In this document: one piece after another, positions 18,516 to 24,240 of the stretch
Layout: the number at the start of each line of letters is the position of its first letter
How positions within the stretch are numbered: position 1 is the stretch's first letter
NCBI RefSeq assembly: GCF_000148385.1
Contig: NC_014537.1
Span: 1,530,001-1,562,000 of the forward strand
Source of the DNA: Vulcanisaeta distributa DSM 14429
GTDB lineage: Archaea; Thermoproteota; Thermoprotei; Thermoproteales; Thermocladiaceae
Direction: 5' to 3'
Length of the DNA: 32,000 bases
Position numbers and translations under genes: made by a program
The notes under the pieces: model-generated
What the model was told of the DNA's origin: nothing
The model's input: the letters and a program-made list of their open reading frames with translations, nothing else
The model's database searches: none

Positions 18516-19586
18516 ATGAGGCTTGCCCGTGAGTTCGGTGTTCAATTAATAACGGAAAACGAAATCAACACGCTGCGTGAATTAACGGGTGAGGTTCATT
18601 ACCTAATAAGGAGGGGATTCTTCTATGCACATAGGGATTTACAATCAATACTGAATCGACAGAGGAGCGGCCTAAGGTGGGCACTGTATAACGGCAGGGG
18701 ACCCAGCGCTGATTTGCACATTGGTCACCTAGTTCCCTGGATGCTCAGTAAGTGGTTTGTGGATAAGTTCAATGTTGATTACTTCTTTGAGTTGACGGAT
18801 GATGAGAAGTTCCTGGTCAAGGAGGGGTATACCCTTGAGCAGACGAATAAGTATGCCTACGAAAATGCCCTGGACCTAATAGCCCTTGGCTTCACACCAG
18901 ATAAGCTACACATAATTATTGATAGTGAGGACATCAAGTACCTATACAAGATAGCCGTTAGGGTGGGCAAGAAGTTGACCTTATCGACAGTAAAGCACAC
19001 CTTTGGGTTCACGGACTCGACAAACGTTGGCGCCGCCTTCTTCCCAACACTGGAGATATCCGTGGCATTCCTACCCACCGAACTTTATGGTGAGCAGGTA
19101 CCCGTGCTAATACCAACGGCCATCGACCAGGATCCGTACTTCAGACTTGCTAGGGACATAGCCGATGAGTTGGGGTATCCCAAGCCATCCACGATATATA
19201 GCAAGTTCATACCTGGACTAACGGGTGAGGATAAGATGAGCGCCTCAAACCCAGACTCAGCAATATACGTGACGGACAGCGAGAAGGACGTTAGGAGGAA
19301 GATAATGAATGCCCTAACCGGTGGTCAACCAACGGCGGAGCTCCAGCGTAAGTATGGCGGTGACCCGGACAATTGCGTTGTCTATAAGTACCACCTATTG
19401 TTCCAGGACAGTGATGAGAAGGTTAAGAAGATCTATGAGGACTGCAGGGCAGGGAAGCTACTATGTGGTGAGTGCAAGGCAATGCTTTTCGAGAGGATTA
19501 GGGAGTTCATGAAGGAGCATAATGAGAGGAGGGAGAGGGCTAAGGATGTGATTGAGCAGTACAGGATCTCCGTGAAGTTCAGATAA
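18516..19586 (+). CDS. trpS: Tryptophanyl-tRNA synthetase (archaeal/eukaryotic type). The N-terminus probably extends upstream of the first ATG.
   Basis: It has a HIGH-type motif (DLHIGHLVP), TDDEKF, and a KMSAS motif. The in-frame sequence upstream (18462-18515) encodes ANEFTVTPWEVKGKVDY, which resembles the conserved N-terminal segment of archaeal/eukaryotic TrpRS. Confidence 0.9.
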   Translation: MRLAREFGVQLITENEINTLRELTGEVHYLIRRGFFYAHRDLQSILNRQRSGLRWALYNGRGPSADLHIGHLVPWMLSKWFVDKFNVDYFFELTDDEKFLVKEGYTLEQTNKYAYENALDLIALGFTPDKLHIIIDSEDIKYLYKIAVRVGKKLTLSTVKHTFGFTDSTNVGAAFFPTLEISVAFLPTELYGEQVPVLIPTAIDQDPYFRLARDIADELGYPKPSTIYSKFIPGLTGEDKMSASNPDSAIYVTDSEKDVRRKIMNALTGGQPTAELQRKYGGDPDNCVVYKYHLLFQDSDEKVKKIYEDCRAGKLLCGECKAMLFERIREFMKEHNERRERAKDVIEQYRISVKFR

Positions 19587-19620
19587 TACTTAATTAGTGC
19601 CATCGTGTTAATACAAAATC

Positions 19621-20643
19621 ATGGTTAACTACCCAGTTATTGACCTACATGAGGACATAGCATACTACCTAATGAACTCCGGGAGACTTGAGGAGGAATT
19701 TCAGGACTTCGACATTGACATGCCTGGCAGGCAATCGGATATACCCAAGCTCATTAGAGGGAATGTTAAGGTGGTTTTTGGTGCCGTATTCCCAATACAC
19801 GATACGTATAACCCAATGATCGGTGAGAGGATATCCTCGGGCTATGGAACACGCTCAATAAAGTCCTACACACCAGCAGCATCTAAGTTAATAGGCCTGG
19901 AAATGATCAAGATCTACCTAATACTGACAAAAAGATTCAGCAATAGGCTTAGGATAGTTGAGAATTACACCGACATTGAGCAGGTTATGAATAGCGACTT
20001 AATAGGGCTATTGATGTCCGTTGAGGGCGCCGACATGCTTGATGACGTTTACGACCTATTACTGCTCCATAGACTTGGCATTAGGGCCTTGGGCATTACC
20101 TGGAACTTTGATAATAGGTACGGTGCATCATGCTTCACAAAGAAGGACTACGGACTGACAGCAGATGGCGAGGAACTAGTCAGACTAGCCAACGAACTCG
20201 GCATCATAATCGATCTAGCCCATGCGAGTAGGAGCACCATGATCGATGTATTAAATACTTCCAAGAAGCCCGTCATAATCAGCCACGCAAATATCCAGGG
20301 CGTTCATAAGCACTTGAGGAATGTTAGTGATGACGTGTTGGAACTACTCGTCAGAAATCATGGAGTGATTGGCATAACCATGATACCATCGACGATAGGT
20401 CCAAGGCCGAATATCGACTCGCTAGTTAGGCATGTACTTTATATACATGAGCGGTTTGGGCCTGACATAATAGCCATTGGAACAGACTTTCTAGGGATCG
20501 AGAAAACTCCTGAGGACTTAACAAACATAGGCGAGATCACGAGATTCCTAAATAAATTGGCTGAGTACGGGATGAGTGATGGTGACATTAGGAAGATAGC
20601 CTTTGAGAATGCCCTTAGGGTTATTAGGAATAATCTTTCGTAA
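19621..20643 (+). CDS. Membrane-dipeptidase family (peptidase M19) metallohydrolase
   Basis: DLHEDIAY, VEGADML, LGITWNFDNRYG, IIDLAHAS, VIISHANI, RNVSDDVL and IGTDFLG follow the M19 motif order (HxD...EGG...LTHN...DxSH...SHS...RN..D...GxDFDG). Confidence 0.8.
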   Translation: MVNYPVIDLHEDIAYYLMNSGRLEEEFQDFDIDMPGRQSDIPKLIRGNVKVVFGAVFPIHDTYNPMIGERISSGYGTRSIKSYTPAASKLIGLEMIKIYLILTKRFSNRLRIVENYTDIEQVMNSDLIGLLMSVEGADMLDDVYDLLLLHRLGIRALGITWNFDNRYGASCFTKKDYGLTADGEELVRLANELGIIIDLAHASRSTMIDVLNTSKKPVIISHANIQGVHKHLRNVSDDVLELLVRNHGVIGITMIPSTIGPRPNIDSLVRHVLYIHERFGPDIIAIGTDFLGIEKTPEDLTNIGEITRFLNKLAEYGMSDGDIRKIAFENALRVIRNNLS

Positions 20644-20676
20644 AAAATTTTAAGGAATTAACAATCCCTTTAAATC

Positions 20677-21885
20677 CTAATCATGGCTCGGTCCTGTGGT
20701 TGCCTGACCACTTGCCTGTGATGTCACGAATTGTATGTATTGAAGTCTATTCTTCTCATACTCATCGACAGGTATTGGCTTTAATTTCGAGAGTATCTGC
20801 GGTAATGTTGTGTACTCCATCTCCTCAGGTGGCAATCTATGCGGCATTACTGGGCCCATCCTCCTTATGTAATCCGTTATTTGGGCAGCCAACTGCCTAC
20901 TATAGTCAAAGGCTGGATCATCAAATAAGTCCACTGGACCCTCCAGGTAACCATCATGCAACTGGAAACCAAGGGATATGACCTTCGGTGGCCCATCGAA
21001 CCTGGTCATCTTTGGACCAAGGGCTATCTTCTTCTCCTGATCAATACTTATCATCTTTGTCGGCATTAATGGACCAACGTGACTACCCCTCATCCAGCCC
21101 TCAACCAGGTGAGGATAGGCGAAGGCCTCGAGTATCTCACCAACCGCTGGTAAGCCATGCTGAGCCCTAACCATGGCCACTGGGTCGTCCTTACCAACAT
21201 AGCGGCCGGCAATTAGGTTCAACCTCTCAACACTTGTTACGGAAGCCTGAATTAGGTCTGCCTTCCTATAAATCCTCCTTATTATGTACCTGCCCGGCGT
21301 ACCTATTAGACCTAATATGTCGTAACTATTCTCAGGCGCATCAAGTAGGTAGACCTTACCTTCGTAGACATCCAGGATCTCAAACCTAAATCCCTGGTGC
21401 ATTGCAGGGTCGATGACTAGGCCAGCCGTGTTAAATGGGTCGGCGAATATTCTATAAAACGGTAAATTGAAGGCTCCAGGCTCAGTCTTATCCGCAGCAA
21501 ATACCACAAGTGGCTCACTAGGTCTCTCCTCAAGCTCCATCTCGGCAACTTGAGGACCTAAGCCCCTAATATTCCCACTAAAGGTATCCTTGAGTAGGTC
21601 CTGACCAGCTCCATAGAGTTTAACCTTCTTGGCTATATTCTCCGTGGCTTCCTTGAATATCGACCAGGCAAGGCCATGAATATCAGGGTTGTTCTCACCC
21701 TTCGTGTGGGTCATAAGTAATGACATATCGTCACCAACGTTATAAACAAAGTAATCAATTATCAACCCCCTCTTCTGCTCCTCCCTAAGCCTATCGGCTG
21801 CAAACTCAAGTATCTTAGGATGTACCCACGCATGTCCAGGCAAACCACCTATGTCCGCCTTTATTATCGAGACCGTGACCTTCAT
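20677..21885 (-). CDS. fbp: Fructose-1,6-bisphosphate aldolase/phosphatase (class V FBPase)
   Basis: The N-terminus MKVTVSIIKADIGG, together with VGDDMSL...HTKG and the overall length (402 aa), is typical of the archaeal bifunctional FBPA/P. Confidence 0.9.
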   Translation of the reverse strand: MKVTVSIIKADIGGLPGHAWVHPKILEFAADRLREEQKRGLIIDYFVYNVGDDMSLLMTHTKGENNPDIHGLAWSIFKEATENIAKKVKLYGAGQDLLKDTFSGNIRGLGPQVAEMELEERPSEPLVVFAADKTEPGAFNLPFYRIFADPFNTAGLVIDPAMHQGFRFEILDVYEGKVYLLDAPENSYDILGLIGTPGRYIIRRIYRKADLIQASVTSVERLNLIAGRYVGKDDPVAMVRAQHGLPAVGEILEAFAYPHLVEGWMRGSHVGPLMPTKMISIDQEKKIALGPKMTRFDGPPKVISLGFQLHDGYLEGPVDLFDDPAFDYSRQLAAQITDYIRRMGPVMPHRLPPEEMEYTTLPQILSKLKPIPVDEYEKNRLQYIQFVTSQASGQATTGPSHD

Positions 21886-22007
21886 TAGTGAATATTAATA
21901 AACCGATGTATTAATACTTTATCCTTATAACACTTAAAATTTTAATAATCATATAACAAGGTAAAACCGAGTATAAGCATAATTTATTTATTGACAAAAA
22001 TCAACCA

Positions 22008-22973
22008 TTATAAAAACGCACCACTCTCTAAGTACTTAAGTACAACCCCAGCGATTGCACGTGCGAGTGGCGGTGGTACAGCCTCACCTATTTGATTAAA
22101 TTGAGAGTCCTTTGGACCAAAGAATACGTGATCATCAGGAAAACCCATGAGCCTCGCCTGCTCCCTAACAGTTAATACTCTATCCTCAAATGGATGCACA
22201 AAACGCACACTACCCATGACGGTTGGTGCAGGTTTCCATGGATTAAGCCTCACGAAGTTCCTAAACGAGCCTGTGGCACCCCTAAACCTGTAAAGGGCAT
22301 CATCCCAACCAAGCCTTGCTATACCCCTAACCTTCCTATCACTAATGGTCACATACTCATGATTGGGTATCCTAGGGTCCCCAGGTTCGGGCAAATCACC
22401 GATGGCATCCCACACAGTCAACACCCTACCCAGCTTCTCAGGCCTTATCGGTATATTACTAACGAAGACCCTACGCCTAATACTAGGCGTTCCGTAATCC
22501 TCAGCATGAAGCACATTGAAGTATATCCTCTCATAACCAGCCCGGGTAAACTCACTAATCAAGGCATCCCTCAACGGACCATCCATTATGTGAACCACAT
22601 TCTCAAGAACAAAGACCCTAGGTCTCAACTCACCAACTAGTCGAATGAACTCAAGGGTCAGCCTACCCAACTCATCAACATAAAGTCTATCAAGTGGGTC
22701 CCTAGCTCTCCTTGGATTGGTCTCAGTAAATGCCTCACAGGGACTACCACCAATTATCACGTCGGGCCTACCGCCAATGTACTTAATAATGTCCTTACCA
22801 CTAACATTCCTAATATCATCGGTGATCATCACAGCCTCTGGGAAGTTATAACTAAATGTTCGTGCTGCGTTAATATCGACTTCCACGCCAAGGGCCACAT
22901 CAAAACCCACATCCTTAAATCCTCTACTAAATCCTCCTGCCCCTGCGAATAGATCAACTACGGTATACCCCAT
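22008..22973 (-). CDS. DNA (cytosine-5)-methyltransferase
   Basis: It has motif I DLFAGAGGFSRGF, motif IV GGSPCEAF, motif VI VLENV, motif VIII SIRRRVF, a late motif TVREQARLMGFPD, and GEAVPPPLA. Confidence 0.9.
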   Translation of the reverse strand: MGYTVVDLFAGAGGFSRGFKDVGFDVALGVEVDINAARTFSYNFPEAVMITDDIRNVSGKDIIKYIGGRPDVIIGGSPCEAFTETNPRRARDPLDRLYVDELGRLTLEFIRLVGELRPRVFVLENVVHIMDGPLRDALISEFTRAGYERIYFNVLHAEDYGTPSIRRRVFVSNIPIRPEKLGRVLTVWDAIGDLPEPGDPRIPNHEYVTISDRKVRGIARLGWDDALYRFRGATGSFRNFVRLNPWKPAPTVMGSVRFVHPFEDRVLTVREQARLMGFPDDHVFFGPKDSQFNQIGEAVPPPLARAIAGVVLKYLESGAFL

Positions 22974-23008
22974 TACTGCATTATGCGTATTATCTCATTA
23001 TTTTAACC

Positions 23009-23287
23009 CTAATCCTCCTCCTGCTCACTCTCAGTTTCGTAAAGATTATCAAGAAGCTGCTTAACATAGTCCTCCTTAAGCTCCTTCTCCTCCTCACTAG
23101 GTTCCTTCTCCTCATAACTCTCTACAATCACTGCACCCTTCTTCTCAATATTCTTCTTATCAACATAGGACTTGGCGTCACTACTCTTTAGTTCCTCCTC
23201 ATAACCACACCTCTGGCACCTAAGGTAAACCTTTCCCTCCCTCTTCACTGGAACCATCAAACCTCCACATCTAGGACAAAATTTCAT
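23009..23287 (-). CDS. TFS/RpoM (Rpb9)-like protein with an N-terminal zinc ribbon and an acidic C-terminal tail. The C-terminal catalytic ribbon is absent.
   Basis: MKFCPRCGGLMVP...LRCQRCGYEEE matches the N-ribbon of archaeal TFS / RNAP subunit M. The remaining ~50 aa are Glu/Lys-rich and contain no second CxxC pair. A TATA-like tttttaagtaag lies about 28 nt upstream. Confidence 0.6.
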   Translation of the reverse strand: MKFCPRCGGLMVPVKREGKVYLRCQRCGYEEELKSSDAKSYVDKKNIEKKGAVIVESYEEKEPSEEEKELKEDYVKQLLDNLYETESEQEED

Positions 23288-23369
23288 TGCGAATTAACGC
23301 AAGCAAAGAACTTACTTAAAAACCTTATGACCACCTTAACCAGGAATTACACAGTCATGAGGGTTACCG

Positions 23370-23410
23370 CCACACAGCCTCGGCTTGCCGAGTTTGCGTG
23401 TGTTGTGTGG
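23370..23410. other. Extended hairpin with a CUUG-type tetraloop
   Basis: ccacaca (23370-76) pairs with tgtgtgg (23404-10). The inner stem ctcgg/ccgag (23379-83 with 23388-92) closes the loop cttg. Confidence 0.4.
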
Positions 23411-23513
23411 TTTATGGCTGTTACGTTCGTGGGTTGTGAATAATACGTTATGACTAATCGCCGCCATGCGATGCGTTTCTCCGTGAAAGGCTCAACACCG
23501 ATTTCGGGAAGGC

Positions 23514-23521
23514 TATATAAA
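23514..23521 (+). promoter_or_regulatory. Strong TATA-like element (tatataaa) preceded by a purine-rich, BRE-like gggaagg. No ORF lies downstream.
   Basis: Read directly from the sequence. About 25-30 nt downstream begins a GC-rich structured stretch (ggggttgac...). This would fit an ncRNA promoter or a long-leader promoter. Confidence 0.35.
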
Positions 23522-23561
23522 CTACTTAGTTATTTTAGGGGTTGACTGATTTAGGCGATGA

Positions 23562-23615
23562 GCCCCCGAGGTATAGCGCCCGGGATTTGCCTGGGCGAAT
23601 TCCTCGGCTTTGGGT
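23562..23615. other. 54-nt GC-rich three-segment hairpin
   Basis: gccc/gggt (23562-65 with 23612-15), ccgagg/cctcgg (23566-71 with 23602-07) and cgcccggg/cctgggcg (23577-84 with 23590-97) surround the loop atttg. The G-T pairs are consistent with plus-strand RNA. Confidence 0.45.
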
Positions 23616-23737
23616 GATCCACCGCGACCGCTCCCGTGGGTAGTGTAGGGACTCGAGTGATGAAAAGCTCATTGAATGCATATGCAGTAAGTACAATGGC
23701 TATGATAACGATGCCGATGATAATAACAACTCAACTG

Positions 23738-23784
23738 CTTAATTACTTAGCTGTTAAGACTCCTAATCACTTAGCCGTTAAGAT
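23738..23784. repeat. Tandem direct repeat, two 23-nt units with a 24-nt period
   Basis: cttaattacttagctgttaagac (23738-60) and cctaatcacttagccgttaagat (23762-84) are identical at 19 of 23 positions. Confidence 0.8.
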
Positions 23785-23789
23785 GCTTA

Positions 23790-23955
23790 TTCCCCAAGCC
23801 CTTCCCTCGGTCCCACTCCCTCCCTCTCTTCCCGAAGCCGAGGCCTCCCTGGTCAGGGGGGCTCTCGGCACGTGAGGCCGGGCCGTGAGGAAGACGAGCC
23901 CCGAAACGGCAACCAGTAACGGCGGGAAGTTAGGTTTGAGGGAAGGGCTTGGGAA
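23790..23955. other. 166-nt GC-rich nested four-helix element, a candidate structured ncRNA of unknown class
   Basis: Four helices nest in order. The outer helix pairs cccaagcccttccctc (23793-808) with gagggaagggcttggg (23938-53), 16 perfect bp. Then cttcccg (23828-34) pairs with cgggaag (23923-29), ctggt (23849-53) with accag (23912-16), and ggggctc (23858-64) with gagcccc (23896-902). An apical cacg/cgtg stem closes the structure. The 60-nt line starting at 23821 is 43/60 G+C by hand count. Confidence 0.5.
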
Positions 23956-24041
23956 TTGAGTGCCTAAATGCAATTATGTACAGCAGTCCCTAGGCTGAAG
24001 AGGATAAAGTGTGATTAATTCATGTGGAGATTAAGAATTTG

Positions 24042-24059
24042 TTTCACGAAAACGTGAAA
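24042..24059. promoter_or_regulatory. Perfect palindrome tttcacg-aaaa-cgtgaaa, either an operator-like site or a small hairpin
   Basis: A 7-bp inverted repeat with a 4-nt spacer, read directly. It lies in the AT-rich stretch about 180 nt upstream of the ORF at 24241, next to the A/T-rich aaaaagttattaatg. Confidence 0.35.
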
Positions 24060-24099
24060 AAGTTATTAATGAATTCCCCAATACCCTAGCAAAATGGCA

Positions 24100-24211
24100 A
24101 GCAATTCCTGGGGAATTGCTGGATAAGTTGCTTTGTCAAGCCCCGTGGGCTCCTCACGGGGCGCCAACCCATTTTCAGTTCTGGGTGGCACGGCTCCGTG
24201 GGGATCGCCCA
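24100..24211. other. Cluster of four consecutive GC-rich hairpins immediately upstream of the 24241 ORF
   Basis: The stems are agcaattcc/ggaattgct (24100-20), gccccgtg/cacggggc (24140-62, 8 bp with a 7-nt loop), gccaaccca/tgggtggc (24163-89, one bulge), and tggg/ccca (24199-211). Confidence 0.45.
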
Positions 24212-24240
24212 TGGGGCATGAGGCATCAAGGTGAGGGAGT

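Noticed and set aside
22194-22640. 148-aa ORF antisense to the C5 methyltransferase. Similar long antisense ORFs occur at 15041-15382, 17444-17731, 20700-20981 and 28452-28850.
   Set aside because: Each lies wholly inside a strongly supported gene on the other strand. Their translations are Pro/Ser/Thr/His-rich with no motifs. This is the typical shadow-ORF effect of codon bias.
23562-23615. H/ACA sRNA interpretation of the three-segment hairpin
   Set aside because: The internal loop is only 5 by 4 nt, which is too small for a pseudouridylation pocket. There is no K-turn or K-loop in the upper stem and no ACA box at the 3' side.
23657-23745. C/D-box sRNA starting at GTGATGA (23657), with further TGATGA/TGATAA-like boxes downstream
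   Set aside because: No CTGA D-box occurs at the required ~12-nt spacing. The only candidate terminal box is CTGC, and the element would be about 85 nt long. This fails the canonical architecture, unlike the candidate at 5670-5727.
23790-23955. Possibility that the nested-helix element is the (type T) RNase P RNA or the SRP 7S RNA
   Set aside because: I looked on both strands for the RNase P elements CR-I (GAGGAAAGUCC) and CR-V (ACAGAA...GGCUUA), and for the SRP helix-8 signature (CAGG..GNRA..AGCA) and the Alu-domain UGUAAY. Only weak partial resemblances turned up (gaggaagacgagcccc, ccgaaacggcaacc). That is not enough to make a call, and a covariance-model scan is still needed.
23636-23973. 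79-aa plus-strand ORF and 68-aa minus-strand ORF inside the intergenic island
   Set aside because: Both read through the tandem repeat and the arms of the nested helices. For example, NYLAVKTPNHLAVKM is simply the translated repeat. Nucleotide-level self-complementarity explains the sequence better than coding does.
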